The notes below the pieces were generated by a model. It searched no databases. It saw only the letters and a program-made list of their open reading frames with translations, and was not told the DNA's origin. A DNA stretch of 32,000 nucleotides, from the NCBI RefSeq assembly GCF_014280175.1, contig NZ_CP047931.1:1560001-1592000 (forward strand), in the 5' to 3' direction. The position numbers were made by a program, and so were the translations under genes. Of the stretch, positions 1-9,664 are shown one piece after another. This DNA is from Synechococcus sp. A15-28. Its GTDB lineage: Bacteria > Cyanobacteriota > Cyanobacteriia > PCC-6307 > Cyanobiaceae. Every line of letters begins with the position of its first letter. Position 1 is the stretch's first letter.

Positions 1-1
1 G

Positions 2-433
2 CCTCAGCTCGTGGCCCTGCTGAGCCATGTGCTTCAACAAAGCATGAGCAGCCGGATCAGACCTGACTCACTTCAACGGCTCCCGGGTCTGGTGAAAGCG
101 GAATCCGAGCTCAGCCGGCAGCTGGCCAGCGGAGTGGTTGATTCTTTCCTGGATCTATCCAGAACCACCGGCAGCCGGCTGGGCCAGCGTGATCAGACCC
201 TGAATCAACTCGGCACCGACGCGCTGGACCGGTTCTGGGAAGAGCTGGCCAGGGTGTTGGATGACGGAACCGTGCTGGAGCGAAGCCAGACGCTGCTGGC
301 ATCTTTTCTGGAGGATCTCAAGCGCTCCAGCTTCCGTCAGCTGCGTGACCAGGGGGGAGTGGATGACTTGATCAACGAACTCGACGGACTGAATTTCAGC
401 CCTTCAACTGGTTCTGCCAGACCTCAGGCTTGA
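2..433 (+). CDS. 3' part of a hypothetical protein CDS, open to the left window edge
   Basis: Frame is open from nt 2 (PQLVALLSHV...) to the stop at 431-433. GC-rich third positions match the neighbouring genes. No motif recognised. Confidence 0.4.
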   Translation, partial: PQLVALLSHVLQQSMSSRIRPDSLQRLPGLVKAESELSRQLASGVVDSFLDLSRTTGSRLGQRDQTLNQLGTDALDRFWEELARVLDDGTVLERSQTLLASFLEDLKRSSFRQLRDQGGVDDLINELDGLNFSPSTGSARPQA

Positions 434-749
434 AGCCGACGAGCACCTGCCCCTCTGATGTCACCACAAACGGTCGCTTGATCAAACGGCCGTCTGCGGC
501 CAAGGCATCGAGAGCTTCGTCATCGCTCATCGCCTTGACCACTGCTGCCCCGAGGGCCCGGTAACTCTGACCGCTGGTATTGAACAGGGGTCGGCGTCCT
601 TCGAACTGTTCCATCGCTGCTGCGAGCAAAGAACGAGACGGTGGATCAGCCGTGATATCGATCACGACATGGTCGATGTCGTTCTCCTTGAGCCAGGACA
701 GCGCTTTCCTGCAGGTGCTGCAGCGGCTGTAGCTGTAGGCCTGAAGCAT
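396..749 (-). CDS. ArsC/Spx/YffB-family glutaredoxin-like protein
   Basis: 117-aa ORF. N-terminal YSRCSTCRKALSWL redox motif and C-terminal GRLIKRPF are typical of the ArsC/Spx family. Confidence 0.8.
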   Translation of the reverse strand: MLQAYSYSRCSTCRKALSWLKENDIDHVVIDITADPPSRSLLAAAMEQFEGRRPLFNTSGQSYRALGAAVVKAMSDDEALDALAADGRLIKRPFVVTSEGQVLVGFKPEVWQNQLKG

Positions 750-760
750 TCCTGCAGGGA

Positions 761-1120
761 TCAGCGACCGAAGAGAGATTTGATCGCGCCGATCAGGCTG
801 TTGGAACCTTTGCCGACACCCTCTGCAGGACGTGTGCGAACGGTTACGTCCCCGTTCACCGTGGTCCTGCAGCTGAGACGGAAACTGGCAGGACGATCAG
901 CCAGATAAATCTCTTCCACATCGCTGCGGGGAGAGAGGTTGGACTGTCCTTCCACCACTTCCATCACGCAGGTTCCGCACTGGCCGACGCCACTGCAGTT
1001 GTTGAGGTTGTTGACACCGTTGTATGGGTTGATCCCGGCATCGAGGGCCGCCTTGCGGAGGTTCGCGCCTTCAATGCATCCAACCTGCTGGCCTTCCTGC
1101 TCGAATCGGATGGTGGGCAC
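761..1120 (-). CDS. 2Fe-2S ferredoxin-fold iron-sulfur protein
   Basis: 119-aa ORF. Cysteine cluster C-x5-C-x2-C (NCSGVGQCGTC) plus a distal LSCR cysteine. Confidence 0.7.
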   Translation of the reverse strand: MPTIRFEQEGQQVGCIEGANLRKAALDAGINPYNGVNNLNNCSGVGQCGTCVMEVVEGQSNLSPRSDVEEIYLADRPASFRLSCRTTVNGDVTVRTRPAEGVGKGSNSLIGAIKSLFGR

Positions 1121-1191
1121 GGGTCGTACGGAATCTCAAGTGCGCACCAACCTACAAGCATCCGACCATGGATCTGCCGGTGGGCTGAGAA

Positions 1192-1701
1192 TCAATTGGC
1201 CGCTCGGATGCACTGGTCGAGAAGTGGAGGGACGGCATCCGCATCTCTCCAGCCGCTGACTGCAATGGAACGCCCTTCAAAACTTCGGTAAGTCCGGAAA
1301 AACTCAGCAACCTCCTCCAGTTGAGAAGGCGCAATTTGACGAATGCTGTGGATGTCCCGCTGACCAGGGTCTGCCTCAGGAACGCAGAGCAGCTTCGCGT
1401 CGTCGACGTTGTCTTCTCTGAGGTCGAGCAGACCAATGGGACGTGCACGAAGCAAACAGCCGGCGAACGTGGGCTCGGCCATGATCACCATCGCGTCCAA
1501 GGGAGCTCCGTCAGGAGCCAGGGTGTTGGGAACGATCCCGTAGTCGAAGGGGTAACGGATCGAGGAATGGAGAACCCGATCCAGACGCATGACTCCAGAG
1601 GAGTGGGAATAGCTGTATTTATTGCGGCTTCCAGCGGGAATCTCCACCAGAAGGTTGATCAGGCCTGAAGACGGTGAGGGGGACAGGCGGCTGAGATCCA
1701 T
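1192..1701 (-). CDS. Family I inorganic pyrophosphatase-like paralogue with a degenerate active-site signature
   Basis: 169 aa. LVEIPAGSRNKY, YPFDYGIVP and DDAKLLCV align to the family I PPase core. However, NKYE is NKYS and DGDPLD is DGAPLD. Confidence 0.8.
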   Translation of the reverse strand: MDLSRLSPSPSSGLINLLVEIPAGSRNKYSYSHSSGVMRLDRVLHSSIRYPFDYGIVPNTLAPDGAPLDAMVIMAEPTFAGCLLRARPIGLLDLREDNVDDAKLLCVPEADPGQRDIHSIRQIAPSQLEEVAEFFRTYRSFEGRSIAVSGWRDADAVPPLLDQCIRAAN

Positions 1702-1975
1702 TGCGATCGAGGGCAGTTGGTATCAGCCGCGAGGGCAGCGGTCCACGGTCTGAGATCACAGCAAGCATCGGAGCTGTGACGCTGAGAAGAGCGATCGTCA
1801 GGCCGGCAAGAGCGAGGGACGGTGAACCCGGACTGAATGGTTCTTCTTGCTCGTCGTGGGACGACGCTTCGTTTTGAGACGACTGGGCTGGGTCTGAAGC
1901 CATGGCCTGGAACACGCTCGGGCGCGCTCGCTTCCATTCACAAACAACAGATCGATTCTGTCACTGATCCTGGCC

Positions 1976-2440
1976 TCACGCAGCGGGCCTGTCCTGCCGG
2001 TCGCGATGAGCCTTGAGATCCGACATCGGGCGGTCCAGCCCCTCAAGGTGGGAGCGGATCCCCTTCAACTCATCGAGGATGGCACCCAGCATCTGCTGGG
2101 TAGCGGTGGACGGTGAGTTAAGGACCTCAACCGTGACCTCCTTAATACGGAGCACATCCTTGGCGAATCGTGCCACCTCATTGGGATGAAACAGCAGCGG
2201 ATCTTTTTGATCACTGCGATATTCAGGATTCAGCTTCCTGGGATTGAACGGGGGATTGAGATTGCGTGGATCGGTATTGGTGTAGCGATAAACCGAAGCT
2301 CTCGAACGATTCAGAGATTTCTGGACTTCGTCAATACCAACCAGGGCTTCGGCATCCGAGGAAGCCGCGGCCTGTTCGAGGGCAATTTCCACCGATGATT
2401 GAACGTGGGAAGACACAGATTCAACCGAGCGAGGAAACAT
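1976..2440 (-). CDS. Conserved hypothetical protein with a putative helix-turn-helix
   Basis: The ORF-track start at 2572 lies 14 nt from the divergent proS start. The internal ATG at 2440 (MFPRSVES...) is preferred. The segment GIDEVQKSLNRSRASVYRYTN reads as an HTH. Confidence 0.5.
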   Translation of the reverse strand: MFPRSVESVSSHVQSSVEIALEQAAASSDAEALVGIDEVQKSLNRSRASVYRYTNTDPRNLNPPFNPRKLNPEYRSDQKDPLLFHPNEVARFAKDVLRIKEVTVEVLNSPSTATQQMLGAILDELKGIRSHLEGLDRPMSDLKAHRDRQDRPAA

Positions 2441-2586
2441 GAGACGACCCTTGGACAGCCTGGACTGAGCGGACGGTAGCAGCTGAGACTCAGGTCGCAC
2501 AGTGGTTTTCGCAGGGGTCAGACAGTTATATGATCGGCATATTCCAGGATCAGTGATAGCTTCTCTGGCCATCTGAAAGTACGGCT

Positions 2587-4368
2587 ATGCGCGTCTCCCG
2601 CCTGATGCTGGTGACGCTGCGCGATGTGCCAGCCGAAGCCGAAATCAAGTCCCACCAGCTGCTGCTGCGTGGAGGTTTCATCCGCCGTGTGGGCTCCGGG
2701 ATCTACGCCTATCTGCCGATGATGTGGAAGGTGCTGCAGCGCATCACAACGATCATCCGAGAAGAGATGAATCGTGCCGGGGCACTGGAAACACTCCTGC
2801 CTCAGCTGCATCCTTCGGAGCTCTGGCAACGCAGTGGGCGTTGGCAGGGATATACCGCCGGCGAAGGAATCATGTTCCACCTGGAGGATCGCCAGGGGCG
2901 TGAGCTTGGTCTGGGGCCCACCCATGAAGAGGTGATCACCAGCCTTGCCGGCGAGCTGCTGCGTTCCTACCGACAGCTCCCTGTGAACCTGTACCAGGTT
3001 CAGACCAAGTTCCGGGATGAAATTCGCCCCCGTTTTGGCCTGATGCGGGGGCGTGAATTCATCATGAAAGACGCCTATTCCTTTCACGCCGACGAAGCGG
3101 ATCTGCAGGCGACCTACGCAGTCATGGACAGGGCCTACAAACGTATTTTCGAGCGCTGTGGCCTGAAAGCTGTGCCGGTGGATGCCGACAGCGGCGCCAT
3201 CGGTGGTGCCGCTTCGCAGGAATTCATGGTTACGGCGGAGGCCGGAGAGGATCTGCTTCTGATCAGCGACGACGGTGCCTACGCCGCCAACCAGGAAAAA
3301 GCGGTGTCACTCCCTGACGAGGTCACTCCCCTGAGCCCGGCTTCACTGAGCTGCCTCGAGACCCCTGGGCAGACCTCGATCGACTCCCTCTGCTCCGCCC
3401 AGGGCTGGCAGCCGGGGCAGCTGCTGAAGGTGCTGCTGCTGCTGGCCGTTCTGGAGGATGGCCAACAGCAACCTGTGCTGGTGTCCCTCCGGGGAGATCA
3501 GGACCTGAATGAGGTGAAGCTGGTCAATGCGTTGAGTCGCCACTTGGAACAGGGCGTCCTCGACTGCCGCCCGATCACCGCTGACGATCTTCAACGTCAG
3601 GGGGTCACCGGCATTCCCTTCGGTTACATCGGTCCGGATCTGGCCGATGCGGTGCTGAGCGCTGCCTCGAGCTGGACGAAGACCTTTCTTCGCCTGACGG
3701 ACACCACAGCGGCGGCGTTGGACCAGTTCCACTGCGGCGCCAACGTCATGGACCAGCACCGCAGCCACTGCAGCTGGAATGAACTCGGTGGTGTCCCGGA
3801 GGACAAAGACCTGCGCAAGGCCCGTGCGGGTGAGCGTTGCGTTCACAACCCCGACGCCCGGCTCCAGGAGAAGAGGGGCATCGAGGTGGGCCACATCTTT
3901 CAACTGGGGCGCAAATACTCCCAGGCCCTCGACAGCTGCTTCACCAACGAGAACGGCCGTGATGAACCGTTCTGGATGGGTTGCTACGGCATCGGTGTGT
4001 CACGCCTCGCCCAGGCAGCCGTGGAGCAGCACCACGACGATGCCGGTATCCGCTGGCCCGCTGCGATCGCTCCCTATGAAGCCATTGTGGTGATCGCCAA
4101 TATCCAGGATCAGGGGCAGACCGATCTCGGTGAATCCGTCTACACAACACTGCAGCAGGCGGGCATCGATGTGTTGCTGGATGATCGTAAGGAACGCGCC
4201 GGCGTGAAGTTCAAAGATGCCGATCTGATCGGCATCCCCTGGAGGGTGGTCATCGGCCGTGAAGCCGCCGAGGGCAGCGTGGAATTGGTTCAACGATCCA
4301 ACCGCGAGATGCGGAAACTGCCCCACGGCGAAGCGATCGACGAACTGATCAAGGCCCTGCGCCCCTAA
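2587..4368 (+). CDS. proS: Prolyl-tRNA synthetase (class II, bacterial type with insertion/editing domain)
   Basis: 593 aa. MRVSRLMLVTLRD start, FRDEIRPRFGLMRGREFIMKDAYSF (motif 2 region), GCYGIGVSRL (motif 3 region). Confidence 0.95.
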   Translation: MRVSRLMLVTLRDVPAEAEIKSHQLLLRGGFIRRVGSGIYAYLPMMWKVLQRITTIIREEMNRAGALETLLPQLHPSELWQRSGRWQGYTAGEGIMFHLEDRQGRELGLGPTHEEVITSLAGELLRSYRQLPVNLYQVQTKFRDEIRPRFGLMRGREFIMKDAYSFHADEADLQATYAVMDRAYKRIFERCGLKAVPVDADSGAIGGAASQEFMVTAEAGEDLLLISDDGAYAANQEKAVSLPDEVTPLSPASLSCLETPGQTSIDSLCSAQGWQPGQLLKVLLLLAVLEDGQQQPVLVSLRGDQDLNEVKLVNALSRHLEQGVLDCRPITADDLQRQGVTGIPFGYIGPDLADAVLSAASSWTKTFLRLTDTTAAALDQFHCGANVMDQHRSHCSWNELGGVPEDKDLRKARAGERCVHNPDARLQEKRGIEVGHIFQLGRKYSQALDSCFTNENGRDEPFWMGCYGIGVSRLAQAAVEQHHDDAGIRWPAAIAPYEAIVVIANIQDQGQTDLGESVYTTLQQAGIDVLLDDRKERAGVKFKDADLIGIPWRVVIGREAAEGSVELVQRSNREMRKLPHGEAIDELIKALRP

Positions 4369-4393
4369 AGTCCCGCTCAATATTCCCCAACCC

Positions 4394-4819
4394 ATGATCT
4401 CCGCCCTGGCCCGACTGATCCAGCAACTGTCCAGGGCAGCGGTCGCCCTGGTCCTCGGCCTGAGTCTCCTGCTGACCGCCTGCAGCGGTGATGCCGAGGC
4501 TCGTCTCACCGGCGATTACGTCGAAGACACCGTTGCCGTGGCCCATAACCTGCGCGAGGTCATCGATCTGCCGCAGGATGCCGCCAACAGGGGTGACGCG
4601 GAATCCGAGGCCAGGGCATTGATCAACGATTACATGTCCCGCTACCGGCCCCAACCCCGGGTGAACGGCCTCAGCTCCTTCACCACGATGCAGACCGCCT
4701 TGAACTCCCTGGCCGGTCATTACGCCTCCTACGCCAACCGCCCCCTGCCGGAGGCCCTGCACGACCGCATCGCCAAGGAACTGGGCAAAGCTGAGAAGGC
4801 CGCTGTCCGCGGAAGCTGA
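4394..4819 (+). CDS. psb27: Photosystem II assembly lipoprotein Psb27
   Basis: 141 aa. Lipobox LLLTAC; TGDYVEDT, LINDYMSRYRP and SFTTMQTALNSLAGHY are characteristic of Psb27. Confidence 0.9.
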   Translation: MISALARLIQQLSRAAVALVLGLSLLLTACSGDAEARLTGDYVEDTVAVAHNLREVIDLPQDAANRGDAESEARALINDYMSRYRPQPRVNGLSSFTTMQTALNSLAGHYASYANRPLPEALHDRIAKELGKAEKAAVRGS

Positions 4820-4829
4820 GCAACGGTTT

Positions 4830-4856
4830 GCGGTGAGGTCTTTGACAGACCACCGC
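4830..4856 (+). terminator. Imperfect hairpin downstream of psb27 (possible terminator, no U-tail)
   Basis: GCGGTG(AG)GTCT-ttgac-AGACCACCGC starts 11 nt after the psb27 stop. Confidence 0.3.
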
Positions 4857-4905
4857 TGGTTCCGACATAGTCGCAGATTGTGCAGATTCGCGGCTTCGGG
4901 CCGCA

Positions 4906-6225
4906 GTGTCATTGGCCAACGTTGTCGTCATCGGAGCTCAATGGGGTGACGAAGGAAAGGGAAAGATCACCGATCTCCTCAGTCGCTCCGCCGATGTGGT
5001 GGTGCGCTATCAGGGCGGTGTGAATGCAGGGCACACGATCGTCGTTGACGACCGTGTGCTGAAGCTTCATCTGATCCCTTCCGGAATCCTTTACCCGGAC
5101 ACGATCTGCCTGATCGGATCCGGCACTGTCGTGGATCCGAAGGTGATGCTCGGTGAGCTGGACATGCTCATCGCCAATGACATCGATATCTCAGGGTTGC
5201 AGCTGGCCTCCACGGCCCACGTGACCATGCCTTACCACTGCCTGCTGGATCAGGCGATGGAGAAGCAACGCGGTGACCGAAGGATCGGCACCACGGGTCG
5301 GGGAATCGGTCCCACCTACGCCGATAAATCCCAGCGCAGCGGGATCCGTGTGATCGACCTGCTGGATGAAGCGCGGCTGAGGGAACGCCTCGAGGGACCT
5401 CTCCGGGAGAAGAATCAACTGCTGGAGACGATCTACGGCGTCGACCCCCTCGATCCCGAGGCGGTAATCAAGGAGTACTTGGGCTACGGCAAGCGCTTGG
5501 CTCCCCATGTGGTGGAGTGCACCCAGGCCATTCATCAGGCGGCCCGCGACCGCAAGAACATTCTGTTCGAAGGTGCCCAGGGCACTCTGCTGGACCTCGA
5601 TCACGGCACCTATCCCTACGTCACCTCCTCTAATCCAGTATCCGGTGGGGCCTGCATCGGTGCCGGTGTGGGACCCACCCTGATCGACCGGGTGATTGGC
5701 GTGGCCAAGGCTTACACCACACGCGTCGGCGAAGGGCCTTTCCCGACGGAACTCAGCGGCCGACTCAACGACCAGCTCACCGAGCGAGGCGGCGAATTCG
5801 GAACCACCACGGGACGACGACGTCGCTGCGGTTGGTTCGACGGCGTGATCGGCCGCTATGCGGTTCAGGTGAACGGCCTGGACTGCCTTGCCGTCACCAA
5901 GCTGGATGTGCTGGATGAATTGGATGCCATCCAGGTGTGCGTCGCCTACGAGCTGGACGGGGAACGCATCGAGCATTTCCCCAGCAGCGCCGAGGATTTT
6001 GCCCGCTGCACCCCGATCTTCGAGACCCTTCCCGGCTGGCAGTGTTCCACCGAGGACTGCCGCAAGCTCGAGGATCTCCCGGAGGCGGCCATGGCCTACC
6101 TGCGCTTCCTCGCTGACCTGATGGAGGTGCCGATTGCAATCGTCTCCCTCGGTGCCAGCCGCGACCAGACCATCGTTGTGGAGGACCCGATCCACGGGCC
6201 CAAACGGGCGCTGCTCAGCGCCTGA
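4906..6225 (+). CDS. purA: Adenylosuccinate synthetase
   Basis: 439 aa, GTG start. [15 protein letters not shown]-loop, [30 protein letters not shown]. Confidence 0.95.
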   Translation: MSLANVVVIGAQWGDEGKGKITDLLSRSADVVVRYQGGVNAGHTIVVDDRVLKLHLIPSGILYPDTICLIGSGTVVDPKVMLGELDMLIANDIDISGLQLASTAHVTMPYHCLLDQAMEKQRGDRRIGTTGRGIGPTYADKSQRSGIRVIDLLDEARLRERLEGPLREKNQLLETIYGVDPLDPEAVIKEYLGYGKRLAPHVVECTQAIHQAARDRKNILFEGAQGTLLDLDHGTYPYVTSSNPVSGGACIGAGVGPTLIDRVIGVAKAYTTRVGEGPFPTELSGRLNDQLTERGGEFGTTTGRRRRCGWFDGVIGRYAVQVNGLDCLAVTKLDVLDELDAIQVCVAYELDGERIEHFPSSAEDFARCTPIFETLPGWQCSTEDCRKLEDLPEAAMAYLRFLADLMEVPIAIVSLGASRDQTIVVEDPIHGPKRALLSA

Positions 6226-6263
6226 TCCGCCGGAAGCCATACTGCGGGCTCCGTGTTCCGTCC

Positions 6264-7271
6264 GTGATGACCCGCTTCCCCGGCAGCTGCAGCCTCGATG
6301 TGGTGGGCATCGGTAACGCCATCGTGGATGTTTTGGTGCAGACCGATGACAGCTTTCTGACGGAACACGGCCTCCAGAAGGGCGGAATGGCCCTGATCGA
6401 TGAACAACAGGCTGAGACCCTGTACACCGCCAGTGGTCCCGGACTGGAAACCTCCGGAGGTTCCGTGGCCAACACCATGGTGGGAATTGCCCAGCTCGGT
6501 GGGCGAGCCGGCTTCATCGGTCGGGTGCGCAATGACCAGCTCGGCGGCATCTTCAGCCACGACATCCGTGCGGTCGGAGCCCGTTTCGACACACCTGCGG
6601 CCACCACGGGAGCCACCACGGCCCGCTGCCTGATCTACGTCACCCCCGACGCGGAACGAACCATGTGCACGTTCCTCGGGGCCTCCACCCAGTTGGAGCC
6701 CGATGATCTCGACCTCTCGATGGTGCGCGACACCAAGGTGCTGTACCTGGAGGGCTACCTCTGGGACAGCCCGGCCGCCAAGCGTGCCTTCATCGCCGCG
6801 GCGGAGGTATGCCGTGAGGCCGGTGGCCAGGTCGCCCTTTCGCTCTCAGACGGCTTCTGCGTCGACCGCCATCGCGATAGCTTCCTCGAGCTGGTGAATG
6901 GTCATGTGGATGTTCTGTTCGCCAATGAGGTGGAGATCAAGTCCCTGTACGAAACCGATGATTTCGAAACCGCCCTGGAGAAGGTGGGCGGTTGCTGCTC
7001 TGTGATTGCCATCACCCGTGGAGGGGAGGGATCTGTGGTGCTCAGCGGCGACCAACGCTGGAACATCGGCATCTTCGGCCTGGGGGAGCTGGTGGACACC
7101 ACAGGGGCCGGAGACCTCTACGCCGGCGGATTTCTGCACGGTTACACCCAGGGAGAATCCATGGAGCGCTGTGGTCAGCTGGGGGCCCTCTGCGCCGGGC
7201 AGATCGTCACTCAGCTGGGGGCCCGTCCCCAGGTATCCCTGCGGGATCTGGCTGCGGCCCATCTGAACTGA
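6264..7271 (+). CDS. PfkB-family carbohydrate/adenosine kinase
   Basis: 335 aa. DVVGIGNAIVDVL N-terminus and the DTTGAGDLYAGGFL PfkB signature. Confidence 0.85.
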   Translation: MMTRFPGSCSLDVVGIGNAIVDVLVQTDDSFLTEHGLQKGGMALIDEQQAETLYTASGPGLETSGGSVANTMVGIAQLGGRAGFIGRVRNDQLGGIFSHDIRAVGARFDTPAATTGATTARCLIYVTPDAERTMCTFLGASTQLEPDDLDLSMVRDTKVLYLEGYLWDSPAAKRAFIAAAEVCREAGGQVALSLSDGFCVDRHRDSFLELVNGHVDVLFANEVEIKSLYETDDFETALEKVGGCCSVIAITRGGEGSVVLSGDQRWNIGIFGLGELVDTTGAGDLYAGGFLHGYTQGESMERCGQLGALCAGQIVTQLGARPQVSLRDLAAAHLN

Positions 7272-7584
7272 GCTGCTCCAAAGCCCAGTCGCCATAGCCG
7301 GCGGAGGCCTCCGCCGGCCAGGCCAACCATTCAGGGGTGTCGTAGCTGTGCATCTCCATCACGGCCTCCTGCAGCCTCTGCAATTGATGGGTGCTTGTTT
7401 TAAGCAGCAATTGCACCTCCGTCTCACGCTGGAGCTCACCTTTCCAGCGGTACAGCGACTGGAGTGGCTGCAAGGAGACACAGGCCACCAATCGGCGTTC
7501 CAACAGAGCCTCGGCCAGGGCCTCCGCCCTGGCCAGATCCCCCTCCGTGGTCAGCACCAGCATCAGAGGCGAGGGGTCAGCCAT
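7207..7584 (-). CDS. cutA: Divalent-cation tolerance protein CutA
   Basis: 125 aa. LVLTTEGDLARAEALAEALLERRLVACV...YRWKGE...HSYDTPE matches the CutA1 layout. Its 3' end overlaps the convergent kinase gene by 65 nt. Confidence 0.75.
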   Translation of the reverse strand: MADPSPLMLVLTTEGDLARAEALAEALLERRLVACVSLQPLQSLYRWKGELQRETEVQLLLKTSTHQLQRLQEAVMEMHSYDTPEWLAWPAEASAGYGDWALEQLSSDGPQPDPAGIPGDGPPAE

Positions 7585-8389
7585 CAGCGCAGGGACGTTG
7601 AGGGCTCTGAATCCGCTTCATCAGGCTGACTTCACTCTCCACAGTCTCCACACCTGCGGGGGAGTCAGGACGACGCAGCATCAGCAGCCGCAGGTTCAGA
7701 TCCGCCGACAGACCGCGCCAAAGGCGCTCCGTGACACCACCCGATTGCCGGCAGATCACATCCGTGATCCGCCAGCGGCGACAGAGGGCCCGTTCGATCG
7801 CGCCGGCACAGGCCCCCTGCAGCGGCCGGACCACCGCCAGCTGATCCGGCGGCAATCCGGCCGCCAGCGCCGCCCGGAGACCATCTGCGGAGGGGAGACA
7901 ACGGGCATAGACCTCGGCGCCCACCGCGACGGCAGCACTGTGCACGGCAGGAAGGTGCCGCCCCCCCAGAGCCAAAAGCAGACGCCGGCCGTTGAGATCG
8001 ATTCCTGCCAGGTCACCGATCTGATTCAGCAGCTGCACAGCACCTCCATGCTCCAGCGGCCGTTGCAGCCGCAGCAGGGGCTGGCGGCACTCGGCACAGG
8101 CCCGGGCCAGATCCGTGCTGATGCGCACTGCAAAGGGGTGGGTCGCATCAATCACCCAGCGAAAGACATCACCCCCCTTCAGAGCAGCCTCGATGGCCTC
8201 CTCACCCTGGAGTGGTCCGACAGCGATCCGATCCAGATCAAGCCCGGCATAGGCGCGGGCGGCGGATGGGGTCACCACACTCACCTCAACCCGCCATCCA
8301 TGCCGCAGGAGAGTTGCCGCCAAAGGTGGGCCCTCACCGGTCCCCGACAGCAACCAGATCCGCCCCTGGCCATTCCCCCGACCTTGCAT
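7577..8389 (-). CDS. cobK: Precorrin-6A/cobalt-precorrin-6A reductase (CobK/CbiJ)
   Basis: 270 aa. IWLLSGTGEG, VIDATHPFA, CRQSGG and LRLLMLRRP are typical of CobK. Overlaps the cutA start by 8 nt. Confidence 0.8.
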   Translation of the reverse strand: MQGRGNGQGRIWLLSGTGEGPPLAATLLRHGWRVEVSVVTPSAARAYAGLDLDRIAVGPLQGEEAIEAALKGGDVFRWVIDATHPFAVRISTDLARACAECRQPLLRLQRPLEHGGAVQLLNQIGDLAGIDLNGRRLLLALGGRHLPAVHSAAVAVGAEVYARCLPSADGLRAALAAGLPPDQLAVVRPLQGACAGAIERALCRRWRITDVICRQSGGVTERLWRGLSADLNLRLLMLRRPDSPAGVETVESEVSLMKRIQSPQRPCADG

Positions 8390-8418
8390 CAGGATGACCC
8401 CCGTTGACGGTGTAAGCC

Positions 8419-8862
8419 ATGAACCACTGCGTGCTGGAAGTAGAGGTGATCGACGCGCCGACGGTTCGTTACACCCAGGACAACCAGACCCCCATCGCCG
8501 AAATGCAGGTTCGGTTCGACCCGCTTCGGGAGGGCGATCAGCCCGGTGAACTCAAGGTGGTGGGATGGGGAAATCTGGCCCAGGAACTTCAGAACCGCGT
8601 TCAGGTGGGCCAGCGGCTGATGCTGGAAGGTCGCCTGCGGATGAACACCGTTCCGCGCCAGGACGGGATGAAAGAGAAGCGTGCGGAATTCACCCTGGCG
8701 CGCATGCACCCAATCGGTCAGGGGCAGGCATCCACTCCGAAACCACAGCAACAGCAACCCTCGCCAACGGCAGCTGCTGCTCCACCAGCCAAAGCGGAAC
8801 CTGAGGCCGCAAGTTGGAATGCCGCCCCCCTGGTGCCGGATACGGACGAGATTCCGTTCTGA
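8419..8862 (+). CDS. ssb: Single-stranded DNA-binding protein
   Basis: 147 aa. OB-fold N-terminus (VRYTQDNQTPIAEMQVRF...VGWGNLA), low-complexity P/Q/A linker and an acidic tip ending DEIPF. Confidence 0.85.
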   Translation: MNHCVLEVEVIDAPTVRYTQDNQTPIAEMQVRFDPLREGDQPGELKVVGWGNLAQELQNRVQVGQRLMLEGRLRMNTVPRQDGMKEKRAEFTLARMHPIGQGQASTPKPQQQQPSPTAAAAPPAKAEPEAASWNAAPLVPDTDEIPF

Positions 8863-8864
8863 GC

Positions 8865-9083
8865 TCACTGCGCGCTGGACTCCTCCTCCAGCTCGGCGAC
8901 CCTGGTCAGCATCTGGCCGAGTTCCCGCTCCAGTGCTGCCAGGTCCAGGCGCAGTTCAGGCCAGCGCCCTCCATCGATCTGCTGCAGCAACCAGGCGCGA
9001 TCGGCGTCCAGTTGCTGCAGCACAGCGTTGAGATCCTCGGGGGAAGGTCCGGACACGTTCAGCACAAGCCTGCACCGCCCCAT
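8865..9083 (-). CDS. Small hypothetical protein
   Basis: 72-aa ORF that exactly fills the gap between ssb and the next gene. Host-like codon bias. No motif recognised. Confidence 0.4.
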   Translation of the reverse strand: MGRCRLVLNVSGPSPEDLNAVLQQLDADRAWLLQQIDGGRWPELRLDLAALERELGQMLTRVAELEEESSAQ

Positions 9084-9127
9084 CCTGAAGGCCGGGAGGT
9101 CACAATGGCGTCCTTGCCTCGGCGTCG

Positions 9128-9664
9128 ATGAAAGATCTGTTGTCTCCCGGCAGCCTTGTCACCGTTGGCGGTGGCGTTCTCACCGTGGTGGGTGGCGTGG
9201 CTTACGCCACCGGAAGCGCCAACCTGAGCCTGCCAACCATCTTTTACGGAATTCCGATTCTGCTGGGGGGCCTGGCGCTGAAGTCATCGGAACTTCCTCC
9301 CGCCAGACGGGTCACCCCAAAGACGCAGCTGAAGACGGAACGAGAACAGGCGGCACCCGAGCTGGGCAAGCTGCTGGGGGATGTGACCCGTTGGCGCTAC
9401 GGGCAGAAGGCCCATCTGGAATCGTCCCTTGAGGCTCTCAAGCTCTGGGATGAGGACAACCCACCTTCGCTGACAGAAATCGAGGAGCTGTCGTCCGATG
9501 CGGGCTATGGCCTGCGGCTTCGATTTGAAGGCAACGCCGTCCCAATGGATCGCTGGGAAGAGAAGCTGGATCGTCTGGGCCGTTTTTTCGCCGAGGGGAT
9601 GAGGGCGGAACTGAGCGCCGTTGATCAAACCTGTTTCGATCTGAAGCTGCTGCCTGATGCCTGA
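9128..9664 (+). CDS. Conserved hypothetical membrane protein
   Basis: 178 aa. Two N-terminal hydrophobic helices ([17 protein letters not shown]; [14 protein letters not shown]) followed by a soluble domain. 8-nt overlap with argB. Confidence 0.65.
   Translation: MKDLLSPGSLVTVGGGVLTVVGGVAYATGSANLSLPTIFYGIPILLGGLALKSSELPPARRVTPKTQLKTEREQAAPELGKLLGDVTRWRYGQKAHLESSLEALKLWDEDNPPSLTEIEELSSDAGYGLRLRFEGNAVPMDRWEEKLDRLGRFFAEGMRAELSAVDQTCFDLKLLPDA

Noticed and set aside
1619-1915. 98-aa minus-strand ORF with one hydrophobic helix, between the PPase-like gene and the HTH gene
   Set aside because: It overlaps the first 83 nt of the well-supported PPase-like CDS in another frame. No motif was recognised. 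It is probably a high-GC chance ORF, but a short membrane protein cannot be excluded.
5191-6240. 349-aa ORF antisense to purA
   Set aside because: Shadow ORF opposite a strongly supported gene, as is typical of high-GC DNA. Low-complexity G/A/R-rich translation.
7207-7271. 65-nt convergent overlap of the PfkB kinase and cutA 3' ends
   Set aside because: It is probably real but unremarkable in a compact genome. The C-terminal CutA tail is P/G-rich and may simply be non-conserved read-through to the first stop.
7391-8407. 338-aa plus-strand ORF opposite cobK
   Set aside because: Antisense shadow of cobK. R/P/S/Q-rich translation with no motifs.
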